Origin: an uncultured Planctomycetales bacterium
Lineage (GTDB): Bacteria > Omnitrophota > Gorgyraeia > Gygaellales > Profunditerraquicolaceae
Length of the DNA: 64,000 bases
Reading direction: 5' to 3'
Assembly (NCBI GenBank): GCA_964427405.1
Contig: CAYRUB010000009.1
Location: forward strand, 5,129 to 69,128
A program made the translations under genes and the position numbers. Below the pieces are notes generated by a model. It did not search any database and was not told where the DNA came from. It worked only from the letters and a program-made list of their open reading frames with translations. Position 1 is the stretch's first letter. Each line of letters starts with the position of its first letter. This document shows positions 1 to 8,857 of the stretch, one piece after another.

Positions 1-1
1 T

Positions 2-85
2 TGGGATAAAATGTCCGCGGCAGAAGGCGACGGTTTGCAGATTTTTAAGAACGGCGTTGACTACATTAAAAGGAGTTTTAAATGA
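2..85 (+). CDS. purQ: 3' end of phosphoribosylformylglycinamidine synthase glutaminase subunit (partial)
   Basis: Frame 2 reads ...WDKMSAAEGDGLQIFKNGVDYIKRSFK*, resembling a PurQ C-terminus. The stop overlaps the next ATG (ATGA). Purine operon context. Confidence 0.7.
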   Translation, partial: WDKMSAAEGDGLQIFKNGVDYIKRSFK

Positions 86-1509
86 GTGGAATATTCGGGG
101 TAGTTTCTAAGAAGAATTGCGCGGATGATTTATTTTATGGCACAGACTATCATTCGCATTTAGGCACGCAGTTTGCCGGGCTGGCTGTTTACGGCAAAGA
201 ACTGACGCGTAAGATCCACGATATTAAAGGCAGCCAGTTTAAGGCCAAGTTCCATGAAGATTACCTTAAGATGCCCGGTGATAAAGGGGTAGGGGTAATC
301 AGCGCCCGTGATGAGCAGCCGATTGTGATGAATTCTAAGTTTGGGCCATTTGCTATAGTGACTAATGGTTATATTGATAACGCGGATAAATTAGCCAAAG
401 AGTTGTTTAAGAAAGGGCGATCATTTGCTGAAGTGGCTGAAGGTAAAATTAACTTTACCGAGCTTTGCGCTAAAATGATTATATCGTCCAAGAATATAAT
501 TGCGGGAGTAGAGGGATTTTTTGCCAAGATTCAGGGGTCTTGTTCGCTGCTTATATTGAACAAGGATGGAATTTATGCCTGCCGCGACAGATTGGGCCTG
601 ACTCCTTTGGTTATCGGTAAGAAGGGAAGCAACTGGGCGGTTTCCACAGAGTCATCCGCTTTTCTTAATTTAGGATACAAGCTGGTAAAATATCTTGAGC
701 CGGGTGAGATAGTTTTGATTACCCGCGATGGGCTAAAAATAAAGCGCAAAGGCGCTAAAACAAATCAGATATGTTCATTCCTCTGGATTTATACGGGATT
801 TCCTGCTTCCAGTTACGAAGGGATTAATGTTGAGACCTCGCGTGAAAGATGCGGTGCACTGCTTGCTAAGGATGATGATATTAAGGCGGATATTGTTGCC
901 GGTATTCCTGATTCCGGGACAGCACACGCTATTGGTTACAGCATGGAATCAAGAGTTCCTTTACGCCGTCCTTTGGTAAAATACACTCCGGGTTTTGACC
1001 GCAGTTATACTCCGGCGACCCAGGAGCGCAGGGATTTGGTGGCCAGGATGAAGCTTATTCCTATCCCGCAGATAATTAAAGGCAAACGTATTGTTTTCTG
1101 TGATGATTCCATTGTGCGCGGCACTCAGCTTAAGAATTACACCATCCAGAAATTAAAAAAACACGGGGCAAAGGAAATCCATTTGCGCATTGCCTGTCCT
1201 CCGTTGATGTTTCCCTGTAAGTTTAATTATTCTACCCGTAGTATAAATGAACTTGCCGCCCGGAGGGCAATTAAGGCGCTTGAAGGTAAAGAGCCAAAGA
1301 GTTTAACGCCATATTTGGATGAAAAATCAGCCAAGCATAAGAAGATGGTTAGTTGGATTAACAGGGATATAGGTTCAAGTACATTAAAATATCAGAAGCT
1401 TTGCGATATGATCAGCGCTATTGGTTTACCTAAGGAAAAACTTTGTTTATATTGCTGGACAGGAAAAGTGCCTAAAAACGGAGCAAAGAATGCTAATAAA
1501 AAAAGATAG
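82..1509 (+). CDS. Amidophosphoribosyltransferase paralogue lacking the N-terminal catalytic Cys
   Basis: PurF-like throughout, with PRPP motif DDSIVRGT and Fe-S-type cysteines (ICSF, FPC, CLYC), but starts MSGIFG and has degenerate glutaminase motifs. Confidence 0.85.
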   Translation: MSGIFGVVSKKNCADDLFYGTDYHSHLGTQFAGLAVYGKELTRKIHDIKGSQFKAKFHEDYLKMPGDKGVGVISARDEQPIVMNSKFGPFAIVTNGYIDNADKLAKELFKKGRSFAEVAEGKINFTELCAKMIISSKNIIAGVEGFFAKIQGSCSLLILNKDGIYACRDRLGLTPLVIGKKGSNWAVSTESSAFLNLGYKLVKYLEPGEIVLITRDGLKIKRKGAKTNQICSFLWIYTGFPASSYEGINVETSRERCGALLAKDDDIKADIVAGIPDSGTAHAIGYSMESRVPLRRPLVKYTPGFDRSYTPATQERRDLVARMKLIPIPQIIKGKRIVFCDDSIVRGTQLKNYTIQKLKKHGAKEIHLRIACPPLMFPCKFNYSTRSINELAARRAIKALEGKEPKSLTPYLDEKSAKHKKMVSWINRDIGSSTLKYQKLCDMISAIGLPKEKLCLYCWTGKVPKNGAKNANKKR

Positions 1510-2938
1510 CTTTGAGCCAAAAGAGTATTGCGGGTTATTCGGGATAGCAGGTAACAGGCAGGCAGTGTGGCTTACTTATCTAGGGCTTTTTGCTCAGCAG
1601 CACCGGGGACAAGAGGCTTGCGGTATTGTAGCTAATAACCAGGGCTTGCTTTCTATTCATAAGGACATGGGTTTAGTCAGCGATGTATTTAGCGAGCAGG
1701 TGCTTAGCCGGTTGAAGGGAAATATGGCGGTCGGCCATGTGCGCTATTCCACTACCGGCTCAAGCGTATTAAAAAATTCCCAGCCGCTTTTAATTGATTA
1801 CGCCAATGGTTCGATTTGTATCGCGCACAATGGTAACCTGGTAAATTCATTTGACCTGCGTCAGAAGCTGGAGAAGAGCGGTTCGATTTTTCAGACTACT
1901 ACGGATTCAGAGTTGGTTATTCATCTTATGGCGGCGAGTAATAAGCGTAGTTTGGAGGATAGCCTGGTTTATGCTTTAAAAAGAATTAAGGGCGCCTATT
2001 CCTTAGTTTTAATGAATAGTAATTATTTAATCGGAATAAGGGACCCGCATGGTTTCCGGCCGTTGGTTTTAGGAAAACTAGGGTCTTCATACTGTTTGGC
2101 TTCAGAGACCTGCGCTTTTGATTTAATCGGCGCCAAATTCGTGCGCGAAATTGAGCCCGGTGAAATCGTGTTGATTAATAATCAGGGCGTCCTAAAATCA
2201 ATTAAACCGAAAGAATTAGTTGCCGGTCATTATGCATTCTGTACTTTTGAGCATGTTTATTTTTCTCGTCCGGATTCCAATGTTTTCGGCGAGACTGTGC
2301 ATACGGTACGGCGCAAGCTAGGCGCGCAATTAGCCAAAGAGCATCCGGTAGAAGCGGATTATGTGGTTCCGGTTCCGGATTCAGGATACTCCGCTGCCCT
2401 TGGGTATTCGCAGGAATCGGGGATTGTTTTAGAGATGGGGATTATCCGCAACCATTATGTCGGCAGGACATTTATCCAGCCGGCGCAGGATTCCCGTGAT
2501 ATGGGGGTGCGCGTAAAGTTCAATATTTTAAAAGATATCTTAAAAGGCAAACGTATTGTTATAGTTGATGATTCCATTGTGCGCGGCACAACTTCAAAAA
2601 TCCGCGTGCGTAATTTGCGTAAGGCAGGGGTAAAAGAGGTGCATTTAAGGATTTCATGCCCGGCGCACCGCTTCCCGTGTTTTTACGGAATTGATTTTCA
2701 TCGTGCAAGCGAGTTGATCGCCAATAAATATGATAATTTAGAGAAGATCAGTAAATATCTTGAAGTAGACAGCCTGGGTTATTTAAGCCTGGAGGGAATG
2801 TTGAGTTGTTTTAAACATCCTAAGAATAATTATTGCACTTCCTGCTGGACGGGGAAATATCCGGTAAGGGCGGAAAAGAGACAAAGCAAATTTTCTTTGG
2901 AGAGAAGTTGTTGCGGTCAAGGGGAGTTGCAAGTATAA
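1490..2938 (+). CDS. purF: Amidophosphoribosyltransferase (canonical, propeptide type)
   Basis: Start reassigned to ATG 1490. Propeptide ...PKEY/CGLFG, then QHRGQE, GHVRYST, AHNGN, DDSIVRGTT and CTSC. Confidence 0.95.
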   Translation: MLIKKDSFEPKEYCGLFGIAGNRQAVWLTYLGLFAQQHRGQEACGIVANNQGLLSIHKDMGLVSDVFSEQVLSRLKGNMAVGHVRYSTTGSSVLKNSQPLLIDYANGSICIAHNGNLVNSFDLRQKLEKSGSIFQTTTDSELVIHLMAASNKRSLEDSLVYALKRIKGAYSLVLMNSNYLIGIRDPHGFRPLVLGKLGSSYCLASETCAFDLIGAKFVREIEPGEIVLINNQGVLKSIKPKELVAGHYAFCTFEHVYFSRPDSNVFGETVHTVRRKLGAQLAKEHPVEADYVVPVPDSGYSAALGYSQESGIVLEMGIIRNHYVGRTFIQPAQDSRDMGVRVKFNILKDILKGKRIVIVDDSIVRGTTSKIRVRNLRKAGVKEVHLRISCPAHRFPCFYGIDFHRASELIANKYDNLEKISKYLEVDSLGYLSLEGMLSCFKHPKNNYCTSCWTGKYPVRAEKRQSKFSLERSCCGQGELQV

Positions 2939-2952
2939 AATAGATATTTAGG

Positions 2953-3025
2953 GTTTTACGGATCCTGTCGAGCCTTGTTTTCGCCGCACACCGCGGCTCA
3001 AATCAAGTCTCGCCACCCGTAAAAC
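2953..3025 (-). repeat. Palindromic element, family A (compact copy)
   Basis: Terminal inverted repeat gttttacgg/ccgtaaaac. Minus strand reads CGGGTGGCGAGACTTG...CAAGGCTCGACAGGATCCG, matching the ends of 33292-33460. Confidence 0.8.
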
Positions 3026-3054
3026 TAATTAAGCATTTTATACAAAGGAGATAA

Positions 3055-4062
3055 GTGGTGAGAAAAATTACTTATAAAGATTCCGGGGTGGATATAAAGA
3101 GCGCAAGCATCTTTAAATCAAAAATAAAAACTTTGGTCAGAAAATCTTTCCGTAAAGAGGTGCTTACGGATATCGGAGGTTTTGGCAGCTTCTTTAAATT
3201 AGAAAAAAATAAATATAAGTATCCAGTGTTGGTTTCATCAAGCGATGGGGTAGGGACAAAACTGGTAATCGCAAAGTTGGCTAATAAACATGACACCGTA
3301 GGAATTGATGCGGTGGCGATGAATGTTAATGACATACTTTGTACAGGCGCCCAGCCGCTTTTTTTCTTAGATTATGTGGCTTTCAGTAAAGTTAAGGAAG
3401 ATATCTTGGTGGATGTAGTCAGCGGAATAAATAAGGGTTGCATAGAAAGCGGATGTTCGCTTATCGGCGGAGAGACCGCGCAGATGCCCGGAATGTATAA
3501 AGAAGGCGAATACGATATCGCAGGTTTTTGCGTGGGAGTGGTGGAGAAAGAAAAAATAATTAACGGCGATATGATTAAGGCTGGGGATAAAATAATCGGT
3601 ATTGCCTCAAGCGGCCTGCATTCTAACGGTTATTCTCTGGTGAGAAAAGTTTTAGGAGCTGTAGAGTTAAAAAGAATGAGCGCAGAGCTGCTTAAGCCCA
3701 CGCGCATTTATGTTAAGCCTGTCTTAGAGTTATTGCTTCGGTATGGCCAGTCAGTCCACGGGATAAGCCATATTACGGGTGGTGCTTTTTACGATAAGAT
3801 CAGCCGCATATTACCGAAAGATATTAACGCGCTTATTAATAAGAACTCCTGGGCCGTGCCTGAAATCTTCCGGCTCATCCAGAATAAGGGTAATGTTGAA
3901 GATAGAGAGATGTACCACACCTTAAATATGGGTATTGGTATGGTTTTAGTTGTCGAGGCGCAAGCAGCTGCGGCAATAATTAAGAAGTTAGCTGAATTAA
4001 ATTTAAAGTCCTGGGTTATTGGCCAGGCTGTAAAAGGAAATAAGTCTGTTAAGATAGCTTAA
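3055..4062 (+). CDS. purM: Phosphoribosylformylglycinamidine cyclo-ligase
   Basis: YKDSGVDI, GGFG, DGVGTK, GGETAQMP, SGLHSNGYS and HITGG motifs; GTG start with AAGGAG RBS. Confidence 0.97.
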   Translation: MVRKITYKDSGVDIKSASIFKSKIKTLVRKSFRKEVLTDIGGFGSFFKLEKNKYKYPVLVSSSDGVGTKLVIAKLANKHDTVGIDAVAMNVNDILCTGAQPLFFLDYVAFSKVKEDILVDVVSGINKGCIESGCSLIGGETAQMPGMYKEGEYDIAGFCVGVVEKEKIINGDMIKAGDKIIGIASSGLHSNGYSLVRKVLGAVELKRMSAELLKPTRIYVKPVLELLLRYGQSVHGISHITGGAFYDKISRILPKDINALINKNSWAVPEIFRLIQNKGNVEDREMYHTLNMGIGMVLVVEAQAAAAIIKKLAELNLKSWVIGQAVKGNKSVKIA

Positions 4063-4074
4063 AAGGAGGTAGAA

Positions 4075-4947
4075 ATGGGTTTAATGGGAATGATTATAAT
4101 TGCAGTAGTAGCAATTTTCTTCATGGGTATCAGGATTGTGCGTCCTACGCACAGGGGTTTAATCGAACGGTTGGGTAAATATAATCGTTTTGCTAATCTT
4201 GGATTTAACTGGATAATTCCGATAGTTGAAGTTCTCTACCAGATCAATATAACCGAACAGATGGTAGATGCTGAGCCTCAAGAGATTATTACTAACGATA
4301 ACTTAAATGCTAAGGTAGATGCTCAGGTTTATTTTAAAGTTAAAGCGGATGAGCTGAATGTTAAGAATTGTCAGTATAGCGTGAATAATTATCAATGGCA
4401 GATTGTAAACTTAGCACGTACTACTTTAAGAAATATCATCGGTACGCTTACTTTAAAATCTTGTAATAGTGAAAGAGGCAAGATCAACGCGGAATTACAT
4501 AAGACACTTTGTGAGGAAACCGGAAGTTGGGGATTAGAGATTGTGAGGACAGAGTTAAAAGAAATTGATCCGCCTAAAGATGTTCAGGAAACCATGAATA
4601 AAGTAGTAAAGGCTGAGAATGAAAAGATTTCTGCGATAGATTATGCGACAGCTACTGAAACTGTCGCTGATGGTCAAAAGCGCGCCGAAATTAAAAAAGC
4701 CGAAGGTATCAAACAGGCTAGAATTCTTCAGGCTGAAGGTGAAGCAGAGGCGATAAAATTAGTTAATGAAGCAGCTGAAAGATATTTTACCGGTAATGCG
4801 CAGGTATTGCGTAAGTTAGAAGCAGTGGAGAAGTCATTAGCGAATAACGCTAAGATTGTAGTTCCGGCAAATACAGAGCTGGTGAATGTGATTGGGGAAA
4901 TGGCTGGCTTTTTACCGATAAAGAACAAAGAAGAAAAGAAATCATAG
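4075..4947 (+). CDS. SPFH/Band 7 (stomatin-like) membrane protein
   Basis: N-terminal TM helix, ERLGKY, QEIITNDN, LRNIIG, coiled coil with AEG repeats. Confidence 0.9.
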   Translation: MGLMGMIIIAVVAIFFMGIRIVRPTHRGLIERLGKYNRFANLGFNWIIPIVEVLYQINITEQMVDAEPQEIITNDNLNAKVDAQVYFKVKADELNVKNCQYSVNNYQWQIVNLARTTLRNIIGTLTLKSCNSERGKINAELHKTLCEETGSWGLEIVRTELKEIDPPKDVQETMNKVVKAENEKISAIDYATATETVADGQKRAEIKKAEGIKQARILQAEGEAEAIKLVNEAAERYFTGNAQVLRKLEAVEKSLANNAKIVVPANTELVNVIGEMAGFLPIKNKEEKKS

Positions 4948-4948
4948 A

Positions 4949-5013
4949 GTTATTGCGAGGCTGCCGTAGGCAGCCGAAGCAATCTCATATTTGACATTTT
5001 GCCTTCGGCAAAA
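4949..5013. repeat. Two short palindromes after the SPFH gene
   Basis: attgcga-ggctgcc-GTA-ggcagcc-gaagcaat (4949-4986) and ttttgcc-TTC-ggcaaaa (4997-5013). Confidence 0.7.
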
Positions 5014-5068
5014 CCACAAAATATTTCTTAGGTGAGTATACCCATTTTTAGCAAGAAAGGATAATAAA

Positions 5069-5464
5069 ATGGAAATGATAAAACTTGCTGGGCTATTAGT
5101 AGGTATTTTAGTATCAATGGGTATAGGTGGCTTGGTAGTAAAATGTCTTAACCGTAGATTAAGGTGCTATATTGGTATTCTAGAAGCAACAAGTAAATTA
5201 ACTCCAACAATGGGGTATCTCGAAAGAGGTATTTATACATGGTTATTTTATTCTGATAATTGTAAATATATCTTTGGATTATTTGCATTATTAGCAGCTC
5301 AAAAACTATTGTCAATTCAAAAAATAGAAGCTGAATCAGAAGAAAATAGGCTTGCATTATATAAAGAAAACATTGAAAGAACTAATGTCTATTTTATTTC
5401 TAGTTTTGTTTCCTTGCTTTTTGGAGTTTTCGGGGGTTGGATTATTAGGTATTTTTTAAAATAA
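5069..5464 (+). CDS. Hypothetical membrane protein (AT-rich)
   Basis: 131-aa ORF with about 3 hydrophobic segments and a GYLER motif; AAAGGA RBS; visibly lower GC than the flanks. Confidence 0.65.
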   Translation: MEMIKLAGLLVGILVSMGIGGLVVKCLNRRLRCYIGILEATSKLTPTMGYLERGIYTWLFYSDNCKYIFGLFALLAAQKLLSIQKIEAESEENRLALYKENIERTNVYFISSFVSLLFGVFGGWIIRYFLK

Positions 5465-5493
5465 GTTTAGGGAAATGTAGGCAGGAATATCGG

Positions 5494-5523
5494 GCGGTGA
5501 TACGAGAGGCAAGCCTCGACAGA
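5494..5523 (+). repeat. Right-arm half of a family A element
   Basis: gcggtgatacgagaggcaagcctcgacaga versus gcggtgcagcgagagacaagactcgacagg at about 33420-33449. Confidence 0.65.
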
Positions 5524-5564
5524 TCATGATAGATATAAGAAAAGGTCATTTTTGGAGATATTGA

Positions 5565-6656
5565 ATGAAGAAACCTTATGTGCCGCAACCATTGCCGCTA
5601 GAGTCATTAGATTGGGTACGTTTTGTGTCGTTAATTGGTCAGGCGAATGCTGAATTGGCGCGGTATGATGGTATCCTCCAGAGCATAGTCAACCCGAAAG
5701 TATTGTTATCGCCTCTCACTACAAATGAAGCGGTTATTTCTTCGAAGATTGAAGGCACTCAGGCTTCACTGGAGGAAGTCCTTGCTTATGAAGTGTCACC
5801 AGATATTAAAAATGAGAAATATCATGATATTCAGGAGATTATCAATTATCGGGATGCTCTGAATTATGCAACAAAACAGCTTGCCAGTAAGCCGACCACA
5901 CTTAATCTTATTAAAGAAATTCATGCTATGTTGCTTAATAGTGTTCGCGGCAAAGATAAAGCGCGCGGTGATTTCAGGAAGAGCCAGAATTATATCGGCA
6001 AGTTTGGTTCGAAAATTGAAGATGCTGCATATATTCCTCCTGAACCAAATACTCTTATGGATCATTTGTCAAACTTTGAGAAATATATTCACTTCGAAGA
6101 AAAAGATCCACTTGTGCAATTAGCTATTGTTCATGCCCAATTTGAAATAATCCATCCGTTCCTTGATGGTAATGGCCGGGTAGGGCGTATATTAATCCCG
6201 CTATTCTTATTCGAAAAACAGGTACTCAATCTACCGATGTTTTATATCAGTGAGTATCTGGAGAAAAACCGTGAAGAATATTATGTTCGTCTACGCTCTA
6301 TTACTGACGAGAAACAATGGGATGAATGGATTGTATTTTTCTTGAAAGCCGTACTTGAACAAGCAAAAGTAAATAGTTCTAAGGCAAGGGCGGTACTAGA
6401 TCTTTATGAGATAAAAAAACAACGAGTTGTTGAAGCAACCCATTCCGAATACTCAATAAAAACCTTAGATACTTTGTTTAAGAAACCTATCTTCAACACT
6501 TCCAGTTTTGTTAAGATGTCGGGGATACCTTTGGCAACTGCTAAAAGGATATTAACACGATTAAAGGACAGGAAGATAATTTCATCTTTAGAGCAAGGCG
6601 GTGGAAGCAAGGGTGGAGTATTTATATTTGACAAATTGATACAGATAGCCTCATGA
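5565..6656 (+). CDS. Fic family protein (AMPylase-type) with C-terminal HTH
   Basis: Fic motif HPFLDGNGRVGR; N-terminal inhibitory-type motif SSKIEG; HTH-like C-terminus. Confidence 0.92.
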   Translation: MKKPYVPQPLPLESLDWVRFVSLIGQANAELARYDGILQSIVNPKVLLSPLTTNEAVISSKIEGTQASLEEVLAYEVSPDIKNEKYHDIQEIINYRDALNYATKQLASKPTTLNLIKEIHAMLLNSVRGKDKARGDFRKSQNYIGKFGSKIEDAAYIPPEPNTLMDHLSNFEKYIHFEEKDPLVQLAIVHAQFEIIHPFLDGNGRVGRILIPLFLFEKQVLNLPMFYISEYLEKNREEYYVRLRSITDEKQWDEWIVFFLKAVLEQAKVNSSKARAVLDLYEIKKQRVVEATHSEYSIKTLDTLFKKPIFNTSSFVKMSGIPLATAKRILTRLKDRKIISSLEQGGGSKGGVFIFDKLIQIAS

Positions 6657-6739
6657 TTTGCGGCTCATATATGAGCTGTAATTCTATTTGTGGCTCATTT
6701 ATTGTATTATATGGGCTACAAATACTATTTGTGGCTCAT
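6657..6739. promoter_or_regulatory. Array of TTTGYGGCTCAT direct/inverted motifs (putative operator)
   Basis: Three direct copies (6657, 6685, 6726) and two inverted variants (6671, 6711). Confidence 0.5.
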
Positions 6740-6765
6740 TGGTAAGCTATAAAGAATATTACGTT

Positions 6766-6795
6766 GCTGCGAGAGGCAAGATTCGCCAGGACCCG
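6766..6795 (+). repeat. Right-arm half of a family A element
   Basis: gctgcgagaggcaagattcgccaggacccg versus gcagcgagagacaagactcgacaggacccg at 33425-33454. Confidence 0.7.
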
Positions 6796-6842
6796 TGTAA
6801 AGATAGAGATGTCTTTAATTAACTTAATAAAAGGAGGATAGC

Positions 6843-7034
6843 ATGAAGAAATTAGCTTTATTGGCATTGGTTGCTTTATTCTGTGTTGGTTGCTCTACCG
6901 TTACTCAATATCATAAAAAGGTAACAGTAGAAAAAGGTCAAGATGGAAAGGTTGTTAAAACAGTAGTGGAAGAAGAAATTACGCAGCCTTATCTTCAGAA
7001 AGAAGCTGCGGATTATAAATATATGCAGGAGTAG
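6843..7034 (+). CDS. Small lipoprotein
   Basis: Signal peptide with lipobox-like CVG-C; strong AAGGAGG RBS. Confidence 0.8.
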   Translation: MKKLALLALVALFCVGCSTVTQYHKKVTVEKGQDGKVVKTVVEEEITQPYLQKEAADYKYMQE

Positions 7035-7045
7035 ATTGTTAATAA

Positions 7046-7366
7046 ATGATGAATATTATTGAAGAAGCAGGTAATCTGGTTAGTTTGGTAGATTATCAGG
7101 ATGGTTCTGTTGTCAGTAAGGAGATTATTAAGAAAGAGAAAGGCACAGTAACGCTTTTTGCTTTTGATAAAGGCCAGGGTTTAAGTGAGCATACTGCGCC
7201 GTTCGATGCTTTAGTTTATATTCTGGATGGCCAGGCAGAGATTTATATCGCGGGCAAGGCGCACTTACTGAAAACAGGCCAGGCCATTATTATGTCGGCA
7301 AATAAGCCGCATGCTTTAAAGGCTATAGAGCGCTTCAAAATGCTTTTAGTAATGATAAAGGTTTAA
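7046..7366 (+). CDS. Cupin domain protein
   Basis: TLFAFDKGQGLSEHTAPFDA...PHAL cupin signature. Confidence 0.92.
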   Translation: MMNIIEEAGNLVSLVDYQDGSVVSKEIIKKEKGTVTLFAFDKGQGLSEHTAPFDALVYILDGQAEIYIAGKAHLLKTGQAIIMSANKPHALKAIERFKMLLVMIKV

Positions 7367-7369
7367 AAA

Positions 7370-8059
7370 ATGTTGAAGAAAATTATATGTATTATAGCGT
7401 TGGTTTTTATTCCATTAGCGTCTTGGGCTGCGGAGCTTTGGGAAAAGAAAGATAATTTTTATTTTCTTGCCAAGAATAGGGATAATTTTGCATTAGAGGG
7501 CGCGGGACCGAATGAGTTTTCCAGCAAATATTTGAAATATAACGGAGTTGATTTTCTGGTAAGAGGGGCGAGTGACTGGAAAGATTATGGAAGGCTCGAC
7601 CTTGAGAAAAATAATATGTTTTCTTTGCCCATAAGGCAGGGGATGAAGATAGATGAGATACATTTCTTAGCCGGCGGAAATTACAGTAACAGCTATGAGC
7701 ATGATGGGTTGATGCGTTTATTCGGGGATAAATATTTTTACGCTACGCTTAGCGTTATTTTTGTTTATCAGGATGATGTCTACCGGGAACTTACTGTGCC
7801 GGTTTTCTGGGATTGGTTTAGTATCGGTATTGGCACATGGTCTAAGAATGGGGCAACCATTAAATCCTTAGGCGAGAATCCCGTGCGCGAAAAATGCAGC
7901 ATATTCCATATCAGCTTTGCCAATCCCCGTCCGGAACAACCTGTAAGAAATATCCTGGTTACGGATAGTTGGATAGATGACCGGCCTTTTTCAGATGTTT
8001 TCGCGGTTACTCTTAAATCTTCTGATGCGCTGGATGCGATAGCAAGGGAGGATAAGTAA
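7370..8059 (+). CDS. Hypothetical exported protein
   Basis: Signal peptide (...ASWA/AE), beta-rich; stop abuts the next start codon. Confidence 0.75.
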   Translation: MLKKIICIIALVFIPLASWAAELWEKKDNFYFLAKNRDNFALEGAGPNEFSSKYLKYNGVDFLVRGASDWKDYGRLDLEKNNMFSLPIRQGMKIDEIHFLAGGNYSNSYEHDGLMRLFGDKYFYATLSVIFVYQDDVYRELTVPVFWDWFSIGIGTWSKNGATIKSLGENPVREKCSIFHISFANPRPEQPVRNILVTDSWIDDRPFSDVFAVTLKSSDALDAIAREDK

Positions 8060-8857
8060 ATGCTAAAGATTGTATGCTTACTATTCTTTCCTTTATTGCT
8101 GACTGGTATGGTTTATGCGCAAACGTTAGAAGACATAGAGGGGCATTTCCAAAAGGGGCTGCAATATTCCCAAGGCGGCATGAATGATGAGGCAATAAAA
8201 GAATTTAATGAAGTAGTTGCAGCGGACCCGGTTAATTTTCCTAAAGATTATTATGTGCAGACATATGCAGAGGCATTCTTTGATATAGGGATGCTATATG
8301 GTAAAAATGGCGATAATCAAAGGGCTGCCGAAAACTTCAAGAAGTCCCTGGAAATAATGCCGGATCACAAAAGGGCTTTGTATTATTTGTCCTATGTTTT
8401 CTTGAATCTTGGCGAGGTTGCTAAAGCGAAATCTTTCTATGAGCGCGCCAAGCTATTGGGATTTACTGGAGATGATCCTCAAAACGGCGATATGGTTGGA
8501 ACTTATTTTAATTCTGTCAAAAAACGCACGCTTACTATTCAATACCCGTTATTCTTTGAATCAGGCAAATCTATACCGGTTATCATCGAAGGTAATTTGG
8601 GCGGAGATGAAGAGTTAGTCCGGGATACCTTAACCGCTATAGAGAAGTATTCGAAGGTTGTCAATTTTTCTGGTTCCTTCCAGAAGATTTTAGTTGAAAC
8701 TGTGCGTGTTAAAGAAAATAATACCATAATTGTTGAAAAGTGGACTGTTGGAGATAGCGGTAGCCAAAAGGATTTCTGGGTTAGATATAATTTTGCTCCA
8801 CCTAAAGATTTCCCCTATAAGGTTATGGTTAATGTTTCAGAAAAAGACTATGAATAA
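8060..8857 (+). CDS. Exported TPR-repeat protein
   Basis: Signal peptide followed by TPR-like helices (AEAFFDIGMLY...AAENFKKSLEIMP). Confidence 0.8.
   Translation: MLKIVCLLFFPLLLTGMVYAQTLEDIEGHFQKGLQYSQGGMNDEAIKEFNEVVAADPVNFPKDYYVQTYAEAFFDIGMLYGKNGDNQRAAENFKKSLEIMPDHKRALYYLSYVFLNLGEVAKAKSFYERAKLLGFTGDDPQNGDMVGTYFNSVKKRTLTIQYPLFFESGKSIPVIIEGNLGGDEELVRDTLTAIEKYSKVVNFSGSFQKILVETVRVKENNTIIVEKWTVGDSGSQKDFWVRYNFAPPKDFPYKVMVNVSEKDYE

Noticed and set aside
1421-1489. Upstream start extensions in the ORF track (purF 1421, purE 10197, spoVG 29247, 36642, 37076, 50414)
   Set aside because: Downstream ATGs fit RBS, promoter or overlap patterns and family N-termini better.
2939-3054. Purine/ZTP/PRPP riboswitch before purM
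   Set aside because: The structure matches the repeat near xerC in opposite orientation, and I see no riboswitch consensus.
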